The position numbers were made by a program, and so were the translations under genes. The notes beneath the pieces are model-generated. The model saw nothing but the letters and a program-made list of their open reading frames with translations, was not told the origin of the DNA and searched no databases. A DNA stretch of 62,191 bases, the filler included, from Sphacelaria rigidula (taxonomy: Eukaryota), in assembly GCA_964200075.2 (NCBI GenBank). It is 6 parts of 6 records of this genome, joined end to end, with 100 filler letters (N's around TTAATTAATTAA, not from the genome) between each part and the next. Parts side by side here need not be neighbours in the genome. Positions count along the whole stretch, not along the records: positions 10,384 to 20,665 come from CAXNAA020006792.1; positions 20,766 to 31,047 come from CAXNAA020006793.1; 4 more parts are not named here. The stretch is one strand, 5' to 3'. Within the stretch, counting starts at the first letter, position 1. Every line of letters begins with the position of its first letter. Below are positions 12,163-24,948 of the stretch, in pieces.

Positions 12163-12986
12163 TCACGCGACCATGACGATCAGAGTCCCGACTTCTACCA
12201 CGTCCACCATCACCGTTGATGATGTTACAGCGCTCGTCGCATTATCATCCCGTCCACCATCACCAACGCTCTGAGCATCACGATCGGTTGTCTCATCCTC
12301 ACTCGCGGCGTTTGACTCGGGCGCACCACCACCAGCCAACTCTGCCGCCCCTTCGGTCTCAGCCACCTTGCTGATGCCGTCAGGGGTCGCCGCCGCCACC
12401 GTCGCCGCCGCCGCAGCATCAGCACTGCCGCCACCCCTAACCGGGTCCCTGTCCCCCTCCGCGTCTCCATCACCCCCCCCAACGAGGGAGCCTTTCTGCC
12501 CGGCTCTCTGTTGCTGACGGCCGTCATTATTCCTCTCCGCCTCTTCCTTGTCGTCCATTTGTGCCAAGAGCGTAACCGTGTCCGGGCTGAGAATACTAGG
12601 AAGAGTCTTGAGCCCCAACCCCAGCAGCTGGTTGCGGAAGGCTCGCCGGAACTGCAGGCAGTCCTGCACGGACCACCAGATACCTCCGCCGCCCGGGGCC
12701 GCTACGCCCCCGTCATCTCCCCCCGTCACACCACCACCACCGCCGCTGCCTCGGCCTCCATCATCGGTACTGCCGTTGCCGCGGCCGCCGGTTACCGACT
12801 TGAGCTCGTGGCGGGTGGGCACGAGAATAACTCGGATGGCGTCATCGAAGGATACGCTGCGGCGGGGGCGCGTTCGCGTGTTCGTGTTGCCATCTGCGTC
12901 GCTGACATTGCTGCTCATGCTGCCGCTGGTGTTATCGTTGTTCAAGCAGTTCGGGTCTCTCGTGGAGGAGGTCGGTCGTCCTGCTG
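12163..12986 (-). CDS. Probable terminal exon of a low-complexity protein with an RVxF-like PP1-docking motif
   Basis: Open frame of about 270 codons following the acceptor AATCAACAG|CAGCAG; encodes RPRRSVSFDDAIRVILVPTRHEL...IWWSVQDCLQFRRAF; GC-rich coding-like composition; TGA at 12163-12165. Confidence 0.6.
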
Positions 12987-14330
12987 CTGTTGATTATTTT
13001 TTTTCAATTTCGTAGGGTTCGTTGCGTTCAATAGGCGCGAAACCCAAAGGATTCGCCGGCCGCAGTCGTGGCGGGGGGGCGGGGGGGCGGGGGCGGTGGA
13101 TCGTGAGTTCGGACCTAGAAAGAACAATTCCTGTGTTTGTGAGAGTGGACGATGCAGTATGTCGAGCACAAGGAGTATGCTACACTGAACGCGGCCGGAG
13201 GAAATGAGGAATAAAAGCCAATGCAAACACGCACCATGACACTGGTAAGGTCTGCAAATGCCTATATTATATGTGTGCGTGCATGCGCGATTCCTGGTAA
13301 TCATGGAAGGCCGACAGACGATGCCCTGTTCATCACTCGATCTAGGGCGTCGAACAATACGTTACCCACAACAGCGAAAAAGTGGTCCAGGCCCTTGTCT
13401 CATCAATATTTTGCCATGTCGAAATACATCGATAGAGGTTACACGAGTACGTCGTTCAGCAATCTACTACTGGTGTTTTTGTACTCAAGGGTGCGGTGTG
13501 GGGGCTAGCATTCGAATCTGCAGGGGCGTGATGATTCGAAGCGTTACTCAGCGTGCACAGTACGCACTTTTACTCGAATCGACACCGTCCGGCGCCAATT
13601 CTAAAAAGAACGAATCATAGTTTTTCTGCAGTACCTTCTCGACACAAGCTGCCCAAGCGCCCTCGGCGTGCCTAGGGTTGCAGATGAGATTAAGGTGAGT
13701 GATGAAATGTATTGACCATGGACTGACGGTGGACGAACTAATGGCAAAAACTCCCCGGCTGCAGAAAGGTTCGTAATATGCCGTCTGTGCTGTATGTATG
13801 TACTGTTGAGTGCGGCGTGACCAAACAAAATGAAGGAAACACCGCTTATATTTTGCTTTGTGTGGGGGGGGGAAGGGTGGCGGGAGGGGAGGTGACCCAC
13901 TCCAAGCGAATTAGTGAACTTGAGTCACCGACCAATTAGCTCGACATCAGACGCACACCAAACATGATACGCGCGGATGAAGCAACTTGAGAAAAAACAA
14001 GCGACACGAATGCAGTATACATGAAGACATTCGCGACTTCATCCCTTCTGGGGGGGGCGGGGGGGGGCTTGCGGCGTTTAACCGACAGAACGCCCGCAGA
14101 TGACACCTGACAGTGGCTTTTCAAGTGAAACTTATGGCGATTCAACAGATGGGACACACCTTACTGCTTGGCGATGAAAGGATTAACAAAATTTCCAGAA
14201 CATGTTGACGCTTTGATCGCTATGGTGGGTGATATGCTGGATTGGAACCATCTTTCCTTGAAAATTGGATGCAAGACCCACACGTCAGTCGAAGGGTCAG
14301 CAGTCCGTTTTATCATAGTACAGTGGTGGG

Positions 14331-14569
14331 TCAGTGAGTATGCGAAATCCGACTCAACGGTCGCCGAGGGAAAGGGACTGCTGAACCCCTCTCGCGATAA
14401 AAATAAAAGGCAAGCATCGCAGAAGGAAGGTGGAGTGCCAAAATAAAAACAAAAAAAGGAAAACTTCTGTGTTGACCTTCCTCCTGTGTGACCCCGGCTG
14501 GTGCGCCCACATAGACCGGAAGGTGTAGACTGCCTTCCAGAAAAGATGGTACGACATCACACAGACACA
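14331..14569 (+). mobile_element. SINE family A, 5'-truncated
   Basis: GAGGGAAAGGGACTGCTGAACCCCTCTCGCGATAAAA...GTGACCCCGGCTGGTGCGCCCACATA...ACGACATCACAC. Confidence 0.8.
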
Positions 14570-15153
14570 GGCAGTACGGTATCATTTTCACCTGCTGTCA
14601 GTGTCAGGTTCTGCAGTCAGGTTTTGATTTTGCAATTTGGTGGCCGAAGAAAATGGAACGGCACGGCTACCGAACTACCAAGAAAAACACCGGAACGTGA
14701 AAGGCACGTCCGTGAAATGCAGGTGCCGACAGGATAATCATAAGTCCTGGCCCTGCAATGCTCCTTTTTTCGATCGCAAGGTGACCTTTGATTTTGATGA
14801 ATAAGCGGCACTGACGCTCACTGACGTTCACGTCATGACACAAAAAAAACACACGCCACGTACAAGTACCGGTATTCTTCTTGCGAACAAGGATCCAAGT
14901 ACCTCTACGTACGGGATATAGCTCAATGTCTCCTGCTTGAATCATATCAGATAGAGAGGGGGAGACGGCTACTGCGGCGATGCACAGCGGACAACTCATC
15001 AAATAAATGTGTGATATTAGTTCGACTCGAACGTGCATCCCTCAAACGACTCCCTAATCCATGGGATGAGATATGTATGGCTTTGGAGAAAGGCGGAAAC
15101 CAACCTGGCTTTGAGCGTTAGGTGGGGGAGAAAGGAGAACAAAAATGGTAACA

Positions 15154-15490
15154 CAACAGTCGTGGATAGGGGCGGGGCGGAAGCGGGCATTTTGCGGAAC
15201 AACGGGTGTGGGTAACGATGGCGTGTGGTGCTATAATACGGTGACACTGTACTGTTGTAGTATACTCCGCGTTTGGATAGCGGGCCATCTAGTAGCCGCT
15301 ATGTGCATGTATTTGGGCGCGCAACAGTCGTGGATAGGGGGGGCAGAAGTGGGTATTTTCCGGATCGACAACGGGTGTGAATAATAATGGCGTGTGGTAC
15401 TATAATACGGTGATACTGTACTGTTGTAGTATACTCCGCGTTTGGATAGCGGGCCATCTAGTAGCCGCGAGGTGCATGTATTTGGGCGCG
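15154..15490 (+). repeat. Tandem duplication, 2 x ~168 bp
   Basis: Units start CAACAGTCGTGGATAGGGG at 15154 and 15322 and both end GTGCATGTATTTGGGCGCG. Confidence 0.9.
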
Positions 15491-18400
15491 CAGCGAACAC
15501 AATAGCACGCTGTTTACATCTTTCCGTGTGCCGTAGGTGACGGTCGTGTTTCGCCGTCTCGGCTTCTCACACTTCGCCTTGCATCGAGTGAAACGACCTT
15601 GTCTGAACACCAAAACTTGGAGCGGTCTTCGACTAATGATCTCGCGGGACGTTTGCGAGCATATGAAGAGTGGGAGCGTTTGCTCGTACAGTAGGCGTGC
15701 AGGATTGCACAGACAGACAGTATAGGAACGTAGAAACTTTGCAAAAGTCACCCCGAGGTGGCACAGACGGGAATTACGAGATACTTTTATAGACCTTTCC
15801 GTACCATGTAACGAAATACCTCGGCAGAACTTAAAAAAAAGTACTGTATTTTTGGCAATAACCCGAAGGAGGTGGGTCGCGTTATCGCAATCTGAACCAA
15901 AAAGCGTGTACCGACTGTAGTATGCGACATGTTCAAATATCGCGTCACCTGTACAGGAAGTACGCAATCGGGGACGAAGCGAAGCGTGATGCGCATGCAG
16001 ATAGCGTGTGTCTCCTCTCTAGTTTATTTTTTACGAAGTTGTAGCTTTCAGCTTTCAGGGTAGGGTATTGTGCTTCCACCACACTTGTAGGCGGAACGAT
16101 TGCGGCATTGTGCTTCCACCACTACTTCTTACACCACACCTACTGACTGTGTGTACCGCATCATGAACAGCCCATTCGACTTCTATGGTCCTTCTCTCAC
16201 CTCTTTCTCGAATAGAGGCGGCGCGGCGATGGGCACGGCGATGTTTCGCGTTTTTGTCTAGGAGCGGGTGATGGGCTGTTCGTCTAATACTCTCCGGTCT
16301 TTGAGCGAACGATTCGTACTAAATGCGCCAAAACAGTTGGCACAATCTGTGATCTATGTGATCCTGGATAAAAGAAATACATACAGACTATAAGAGAGCA
16401 GTCAGACGCGCCAGGGTCAAACCGCTGCCTGGTGACGTCGAGAAACTCTTGCCCCCCTCAGGTCATGTTATTGATGAAAACCAGCAACGTGGATGCCGCG
16501 CATGACGACATACAGTCAGTGGTAGCTGAGGTTTCAATGAGATCCAGATTTTTACTGGGGAGTCTCACGCCCCAAGGTACTGAACGCATCTTCAGGAAAA
16601 GCATTGCATCATGCTCGCTCTGCAAGCAATGCAACTCTAGTTAGGCGTTGCACCGAGCCCTCCTTCGTCTTCAGGGTCCTCGATGCGCGCTTTATTACTC
16701 AATGTCCTTCCCAGGCACCCTCAACTTGAAATTTCTCGAAAGCGCTGGTTTCGAAGGGCTAAACCACCAACCATAAATAATGAATGAATGTTGCATTCGG
16801 AGTGGAGATTGGCGGCGGAGAGTCTAGAGGAAATCCCAAACGCAGGACAACGATCCAACGACTAAACTTGGAAAATTATCAAGAGCAAAGGGTGCCCCAA
16901 GGGTCACGGGGCAGGGGGCTTCATGGAGACGGGCGGCGTACTGTTCAGTATCGTGAGCAAATGATGGGGTGTGATCTAATTTAGCTTCACATTGTGTACG
17001 AGAAGCCGAAACGCTTTGGACCTGGTGCGTAAGAGAAATAAACCCCATGAAAAAAGACATGAGTTTACTTGGGTGTAGGGCGGCTCACTCACACTACCGC
17101 TCGAAGAGCACCCCTGCTGCTGTATATCAACACAAACATGATCGACAACCACCCTGCGAGGGGCATGGGACACATGCGAACTCTGTCAACAACCACGCAC
17201 ATCTGCTCTCTGAATAGTTGCTGTCATGTAGAAACCATTCCCAGTGGCTACGGAAGTTTGTTTGGGGTTGACAACATCCATCATCCATATACAACACGAT
17301 GAGCCGCAATGTGCGGGCGCTGTACCGCACACCCACCGTATGTTCAAGACCGGTGTTGAACCAACACGTATGCTTCAGAGTTATACGGTGCGTGCGGTAG
17401 TGCACCGAACGTGCTGCTTTTGTTCCTCTTGAGGAGGCGTGCTTCCGTTTGATAATGCTCAGGCAGGACACGCACTGTACCATGCCGTATTACCGTATCG
17501 ATGACAAAAAAGTTGCCTTATGCATGCAAACATGCAGTGGACGCCGTCTCCACAGCAAGCAGGTCTATCGGAAAGTCGGCTGCTAGTCGTTCGTATCATT
17601 ACTGTACGTTACACTGTACTTGCTGTATAAACAGTGGAGAGAACAAGCACATCGATGATACCAACAAAGACTCGGAACCCACGCCTTGGAAGACAAAACC
17701 CTGCAAATAACGAAACACACGCCCACCTTTGTCATCGGTGTTGGCACTGAAAAACAAGCGGCGCCGATGGCCTTGACTACCCATCTCCGGGCTAGATCTT
17801 GATCTTCGTAGCTGGCGACCACCACTGTCGTGTTTCATCCCGCTGCTGAACGATACTAGGTCTAGATCATTTCCCCTAGATCGAACGCTAACACGCCGCC
17901 ACCGTTGCTTGTGAGAGAACAGCATTTTACTTGTACTTCAATTTCAGCGCTCGTGGGTAGAGTATCTCGGCCTGGGTTGCCGTCGTGCCTTGTAGTAATC
18001 AGGATGATGGAGTAACTGTCTGTGCTCCCGAAGTAGCGGGGCCTTTGCCCTCAGAGTTTTTTTTTTTGCAGGAGGGGGCGTGTGCGCAGAACCATGGTTC
18101 AGCTCAACGACATTTCACCGCAAAAAATTGCACATGTGCAGCATACATCGCACAAACTGGCCGTTGTTGTCATGATCGAACGGGTCTCGAATTTCTCAGA
18201 CAAGAATATGGGTCCCCTATATACAAGATCACGGTACGAAAGTGGGGAAATAACGAAATTCGAAACAATAACCAACAGGATTCGAGTTACTGTGCAGGGA
18301 AGCTCATCGACCAACCATACATACCACGTAGTCCTTCCTGTGCCCAATGGAACGTACGGGGTGGTATGAGGCTGGGCGGGTCAGGTTTAAACAATGTCGC

Positions 18401-18897
18401 AACCCTATTTATTTTTCAGGTGAAGTGATGTTTGATGTCAGGGAGGGAACGAGATTTCATGATGACGAACAAAAATTAAATTGTGACTAATATGATACTA
18501 ATCACACATGGGTGTTTCGAATGCACCTGATACTCCTCTTCACCAGCAAGAGCGGGGGAGTGATGCCAACCTTTTTTATTCCGCGTCGATTTTAATTTCT
18601 ATGCACAAAGTCTCGCGTGAACATGACAGTTATCGACTCTATATAGATTGCTTTTGGGATCTTCGTGACCAATTACCAACTACTATGTAGCCCTATCGCT
18701 GTACTTTCAATCCATTTTTTTTTCATCGTGCCGCTTCCTACGGTACAATCTTGAAAAGGGGAGGAGATATCCCATCTCCTGTTTCTCCGCTCGGTGCTCA
18801 TCTCGAGCAGCAGGGGGTCAGCGACCAGCACCTTTGCACCCTATTCACCAATATCATGATTTTACCCATCTCTCTAATTTTGCCAAAGGCATCATTA

Positions 18898-20101
18898 CGA
18901 GCTGGGCCAGCCTAGAGGCGGATTTGAAGTTTGCAGGCCTATGCTCTTTTATACATCGAGAGTTGGGCCCTGAAATTTGGTATGGACAGTGCATAGGGCA
19001 TGATGAGAAAAAATATTATTGAAGTACCATTTTTTTTTCTTCATGAGTTAAGGGCATTTTGGTGATACCTGAAAACCGAGTATTATTGCCCTTAACTCAT
19101 GAAAAAAAAACTCTTGGTACTTCAGTAATTTTTTTTCTTATGCCCTATGCACTGTCTATACCAAATTTCAGGGCCCAACTCCAAATGTACAAAAGAGCAT
19201 GGGCCTATCAAAAACTGGGTCGGTAGAATTTCGGAACAGTATTTCGCAGATCACTCACCGGCCCACGTTTGGTTTTCGTGTATTGAAATTTGGTGTGGGC
19301 GCTCTCTAAGGAATAATTGACGAAAAAAGTGGGTTAGGTTGATTTTTTTTCATTTTTATTCTCTGGTTCAGGGCGTTCTACTATGGTCAGGACCAATTTT
19401 TCCCAGGAACGTCCGAACCTCTATGAAAAATAAATAAATAATGAAGGCCCATTTTAATTTTTGTCGGCACACTATATTTAGTGGTTCCCCATTCTAATTT
19501 TCAAATCACATTTCTAGAAATTGAGATACAACAGTGCGATAAGGCTCAAGAGCAACGTTCATTTTTCCTCAAAACTCCACTGCAAACACGAAAAAAAATG
19601 GAGAAAAGGTAGCAAGCCGTTTTATTTCATTTTATTATGCACCAGCGGTCCACAACACGAAATTTTATCGAACAACCCAAAAAAAATGAGACGCAATGTC
19701 CAGATTAAGGGCATCTAGTGTCTCTGCTCGTAGTATATTGATTTTAGTATGGAAACTTATGTGCGCCATATCTCGAGATAAATGACGAGTTAGGTGAAGG
19801 TGAGGGTATCTGTCGTCTCCCCTTACTACAGAGAATGTCCACATCAAAATTGGTCGTCATCCGCTGAATACATCGATCGAGGGTTTCGTAGAGATTGTAG
19901 TATGGAAGCCACCTCTGTTGCGTATAGGAATTACTAGACATGGGGTTTGATCAACGAGAAAATGTGGGCCCAAATTTTTGAGCAGATGAGCACATTCCCC
20001 TTGGTTAGACGATAATACGATATGCGGGTCACGGCCCGACTCGTCTGTCGATGAGATGTTGCTTTTAGAGCATAAATCTGTTTATAGGTTGGCCCAGCTC
20101 G
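18898..20101. mobile_element. Non-autonomous Tc1/mariner-like element with an internal hairpin
   Basis: TA|CGAGCTGGGCCAGCCTA ... TAGGTTGGCCCAGCTCG|TA (TIR with TA TSD); long hairpin at 18939-19206; second partial copy at 51911-52113. Confidence 0.75.
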
Positions 20102-20107
20102 TACTTG

Positions 20108-20292
20108 GGGCGTGTCTTCGCACATCTTTTTTTATCGAAAAAGTGCGGTGGAAAAGGAAAACTCCGATCTGATAGGTCGTTATTTCAACCCTCGTTAATT
20201 TTGAAGATGGTTGAAATCACGACCAATCAGATCGGGATTTTAGTTTTCCACCACACTTGTTCGATCGAAACATGATGTGCTCAGACACGGTC
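20108..20292. mobile_element. ~185-bp foldback MITE (Harbinger/Tourist-like)
   Basis: Arms GGGCGTGTCTTCGCACATC...CCGATCTGATAGGTCGTTATTTCAACC and GGTTGAAATCACGACCAATCAGATCGG...GATGTGCTCAGACACGGTC; relatives at about 620-748, 1247-1921 and 1980-2030. Confidence 0.8.
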
Positions 20293-20665
20293 TTTTTGCT
20301 CTCCTTGCTTCGTGAAGGAATCCTTCGTCGCACGAAGATTTTTTCGAACATGGGCCACCCATCAACCCTTGATTGGCGGACCCGATCACGGCCCCCTTAG
20401 CTATGCCATGTGCTCAATTGTACGGTCGGGGGGGGGAAAGGGAGAACGACTAAATAGTATTTACATCAAAATTGTGTTTGTCTTCGGGAAATCACGTGAA
20501 GAAAATGGTGGGGTTCTCATTCCACGATGGAACAGTGTTTTCGTGAGATTGAGAGTAGATCATACGATTGAGAGTGGCTTTGATCATTCGCTCTAAGTGA
20601 GTCATTTTTGTATTCCGTGTGTTTTTTTTTTTTTCTATCACTTGCCTGTGCTTACCGCTACACGT

Positions 20666-20765
20666 NNNNNNNNNNNNNNNNNNNNNNNNNNNNNNNNNNN
20701 NNNNNNNNNTTAATTAATTAANNNNNNNNNNNNNNNNNNNNNNNNNNNNNNNNNNNNNNNNNNNN
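20666..20765. other. Artificial contig linker
   Basis: N44-TTAATTAATTAA-N44. Confidence 0.98.
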
Positions 20766-21384
20766 AAGAGTAAAAAAAAAAAGCGACAAAAAAACAACCC
20801 CCCCCCCCCCCCCCCCCCCCGAGGCCACTAACAGAAAGTATAACGACACAAACACAGGTACCCATTATCCCTTAATAGGCAGTAGGCAACGGGCACGTAA
20901 GTCCATTCTCTTGCGTGACCGATGTAAGTCGTGTTACGGGTCACCAGAAAAACACAAGAGCAACAACTGATACCGAATACATAACCCAGCCGAATAACTG
21001 CGACCATTCTGTACTGTAGATAATTCGACGGTTTGTGCTGTGGTGGGGGTCAATGAGGACCTGTACGACAAACAATGCGCGCCCAAGCTAATAAAGCAAA
21101 TACTGCGGAGGAAAAATGGCCTCGTCATCAGCTGTCCCGAGCTGTTCAGCTGCTTAAAGTAGGACACACGCTTCGTGCTGTATTATGTTGGTTAAAGTAT
21201 ACGGCAGCTGCAGTACTTTCATTGCTGTTTCCTTGGCACAGGAAGCAGGCCGACCTGTGGCACTCCACAGCCCCCCGCGCACACACACAACGCTGGATAA
21301 CTATGTAAGAGCTCCGTTCAGATCGCCACAGCGAACCCGAAAACAGAAGAAAAGGGAGGGGGAAACGGGCCTCAGTACATTTTG

Positions 21385-21782
21385 TAGAGCTCGGAAATGG
21401 TACCAGTTATAACTGCCCATCATCATTATAATGGTGAAAATGGTAATTATTATATGACAAATTCGGATAATGGTTTCAAGCCATTATTTACCGTCACCGG
21501 CTACGTATGCTACATACAGCCCTTGAATATTCGCCCAAATTCAACGTATTTCTTAGCTCTAGTGAAGCCAAATCGCGTAAAAACGTGCTTCCTGCACGAC
21601 GCCTCCAGCGGGGCCCTCCGCGGGCGCCTCCGGCGGGACCCCCTCTACCAGGGGGAGGCTTTTTGGCTCGCGGCTGCCCCACTCGATAACCAAACCACTA
21701 TGTATCATTTTACTAGTTAATGAGTTCCCTACCCGTAACCATTCAGCTGGTTAATGGTTGGACAAACCACTTCTGAGCTCTA
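21385..21782. mobile_element. hAT-family MITE
   Basis: TIR TAGAGCTCGGAAATGGT / ACCACTTCTGAGCTCTA; perfect 8-bp TSD ACATTTTG at 21377-21384 and 21783-21790. Confidence 0.88.
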
Positions 21783-22119
21783 ACATTTTGGTACATTGCC
21801 ATAGCGTGCAGCATTTGTGGGACACGTGAACCATACACCTTATACACTTCACGAGTTCAGGTGTGTGGGAAGAGCACGCAACAAACCGCAGTGCAATCCT
21901 GTGCTTGGGTGTCAAGAAACCCGCGTTGAAAGATTGATACAACATACTGCAACAAAAGGCGCTCGACAACAAGTCGAGCAGCAGCCTCCATCCTCCTGTC
22001 GTGACCCTGTGTACGGATGTATAGCAACGTCAGTCATGGTTTTGTTGTAGAAGGTACTAAAATTATGGTACATTTTGTATGAGCGTGGTCGTTACTTCGA
22101 GGTGACGCGTGTACTTGTG

Positions 22120-23030
22120 ACTGATACTGATGAGCTCATTTAGACCATCTTGTATGGCAGCCAATTCGGAATCTGGCGAGACCTCAATCTTTGCCAAATC
22201 GGGGAGACTCAGATTCGCGAATCTCAGATCCGCGTGTACTCTGTATGGCTTCACAGATTTGTTGAAATTGTTCTGTGCATGAACGGTCATTTTCTTGGCG
22301 GGTGTGGTATCACAGTGAAGCCGAAGAACAGACAGGCAGGGAGTCATCCTTCAAGAGCAGCGTCGTACCGTGGTACCCTAGGGTATAACGCAGTGCAGTA
22401 CACTGCGCAATCAACAATCACAGTGCAGTACACTGCACAATCAACAATCACAGTACACAATGTTGTGTGGCAATACATGATGGTACAGTCGTTATTGCGA
22501 GAAACAAAGCACAAGAGTTCATCAGTGCAGTGTCATTCATCACCCTGCAAGTACAGCGACAGCAGAGTTTAGGATAGTACAGTACCGTTCGTTAGGATTA
22601 TACACACAGCAGTACAGTGCAGCATAAAATACTGCCATCGTCGCAGGGTACGGCGTCAACACTTCTTTTCCACTTGTCAAATCCCGTGCGGAGCTGCTCC
22701 AGCAGCCGGCGCTCACTGACACGATCTGTGCTGCCACGAGACTGTCTGCTGCTGTTGTTGTAAAAACATCAAACGCCTGTTGGCCTATCATCGTACGTCA
22801 ACGTACGTACGTCACCTCCTACAGATTTGGGGACCTCGGTTTCCCACGGATCTGCCCTCAGATTCGTGCAAAACCGTTCTCGAATCGTGATGAACGAATC
22901 TGAGCTTCCCCGACTTGGGCCAAATCGGGGTCCATACAACGCGTTTCCGGATCTGAGGTCCCCCGATCTGCGTTTAAATCCGTTTTTGTGACTGACATGC
23001 AAAATGATCTTAGACCTCATTTCTGTAGTG
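22120..23030. mobile_element. Degenerate TIR element, possibly CACTA/EnSpm
   Basis: Inverted subterminal blocks GCCAAATCGGGGAGACTCAGATTCG and CGAATCTGAGCTTCCCCGACTTGGGC; right end reads CACTACAG on the minus strand; left end decayed; 30-bp tandem repeat at 22391-22458. Confidence 0.4.
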
Positions 23031-23518
23031 GACAGGAGTCGACATCCGCTTTCCCGAAATATAGTGCCCCAAATCGGCCCTCATTCACCCCCATAACTCT
23101 GCTGCACGGACTGTATTGAGCAAGAGATATGTCAGGCCTGGTCAGAAGACCAGTCTAGACGATGGAGTGGACGGTGGTAGAACCTTAGAGGCCGCGCGAA
23201 TCTCGGCACGAACTTGGCACCGGTTGGTATCAGCTGTCGAGAGGGTCAATTTTGCTGTACATGGTGCGCTGCAATAATGTGCTTTGGTGTGCTTTGTCCA
23301 CGGCTTTTACAAGTATCACGATGGGAGGCAATACCCCTGCGCTACCGTAGATTTGGTGTGTCCACTGGTGGGTGACAAGCTAGAGTTTCCGAGTCAATCT
23401 TAGTCATGAGACTCATTTAGATCATGAAGTATTGTCATGGAGCGAATAACTATGGATTTCCCAACTGCGATACGAACAATCCAGCGCGGCCTGTGTAGTT
23501 TCCCCGCGCGGGTCAAAA

Positions 23519-23577
23519 GGGGTTCTTCTGATCTTTCATATGCCGTAGTCCTTGGACCATTGACCTCGCATCCCTAC
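23519..23577 (-). mobile_element. ~60-bp LINE-tail-like monomer
   Basis: Minus strand GTAGGGATGCGAGGTCAATGGTCCAAGGACTACGGCATATG...AACCCC. Confidence 0.65.
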
Positions 23578-23580
23578 CAC

Positions 23581-23680
23581 GCCGGGACGGAGCACGCCTG
23601 GTTTTGCCAGACCAGGCTCGCAATCGATCACCAAGCGCGAAGCCCTGATGTGTTCGGCGAGTCGCATGAAGGGTGAGCTG
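23581..23680 (+). repeat. Dispersed repeat, family D
   Basis: Colinear with 7516-7622 and 39649-39748. Confidence 0.7.
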
Positions 23681-23728
23681 TACCCTGCAACGATTGTTCG
23701 GGCCCGAAACGTGTGTGTAGGAGGGAGG

Positions 23729-24206
23729 GATCTGTGACGTTTTACAGGCCACCGATTAGACTACCGTGCAGTCAACGCTGACTGTACGGTATTCTAATCG
23801 GTTGCCTATAAATCGTCACAAAAGTTAGCCGCTGGTTCGATTCCCGTCAGACGCACTTTCTTTGAAGAAAAAGAGGAAAACCCTACCTCCGATATAAAGG
23901 AGGGTGATGAGGGAGAGTCCAGCCCCCGAGTCGACTGCTAGGGACCCCAGTGCACACACTCTGGAAATGAGTGAGGGAGATGAGTAACTCCGAATGGATG
24001 CGTGTGGCAACATTAGACCGATACCGTGAGCGCGAACAGTTGAACAGCGCTGGCAAGGGGAGTCGCCCTCGTCGGAGTGGAAGTGACCGGGATCGAAACC
24101 CCACGACTAACTTTTGTTACGTTTTACAGGCAACCGATTAGACTACCGTACAGTCAGCGCTAACTGTACGGTAGTATCATCGGTTGTCTATAAATCGTCA
24201 CAGGTC
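23729..24206. mobile_element. Foldback element with tRNA-like arms, each starting with an 88-bp hairpin
   Basis: Hairpins at 23733-23820 and 24115-24202; inward-facing AAAAGTTAG-CG-TGG-TTCGAT-CC-GTCA segments (B-box-like) on opposite strands. Confidence 0.7.
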
Positions 24207-24948
24207 AAACGACCGCTGTTGTTATTACTAGCGTTTCGCATGGCCAAAAAACTGCCACCATACTAAACATACCCATAATTCAGTGGTGGGATTAAACAGG
24301 CAACAAACCCATGATAGAAGGCTCGTCTCCTGTACAGATTGGATGGACCGTGAAACTGCACGAACCAGGCATGCCTAAGTTTGCCGATTCCGAAATGAGT
24401 TATAAGCTGCAGCCTCTGCTATTGGGGAGGGGCCTGGATCCTACTGAAACGACCAGAGGTTTATTTGCCCTCAGACATCGGCAGAGAAATAATCGGATGC
24501 TCACAAATACTTGTTTCTTGACACCGATGCTGTGCTGTACTTGTTATGTAAGCACACACGATTTCACTGCCCTTTTCTCCACGGGGTACAGTACTTACGT
24601 CATGCCAAGGGATTACACTTCCTGCGGTAAGTTTCTCCCTTTACCTTCCCGTTCTTCGAAGCGAACGCCCGTTGCGGGTATGTCAAACCAACCCATATTA
24701 TGCATTCTTGCGATCGGAAGATTATGGCGCTTCCACCTGGTTACTACCTAAACACCTTTTCCGTCATTTTTTTCTTGCGAAGCAAGGGTAACAGCGGCAA
24801 GGACGTGAAAGCACCACCCGATCAATGCGCGAAGATAAGAGTTTTTCTGTTGCTGCCATTTGGTGAGCCACTACTGTTGCCACAATGAGTGGGCGTAAGC
24901 TACTGGACGAGCTTGCAAGTGGATATTCTCTAAAAGAAAGCGGTTTTG

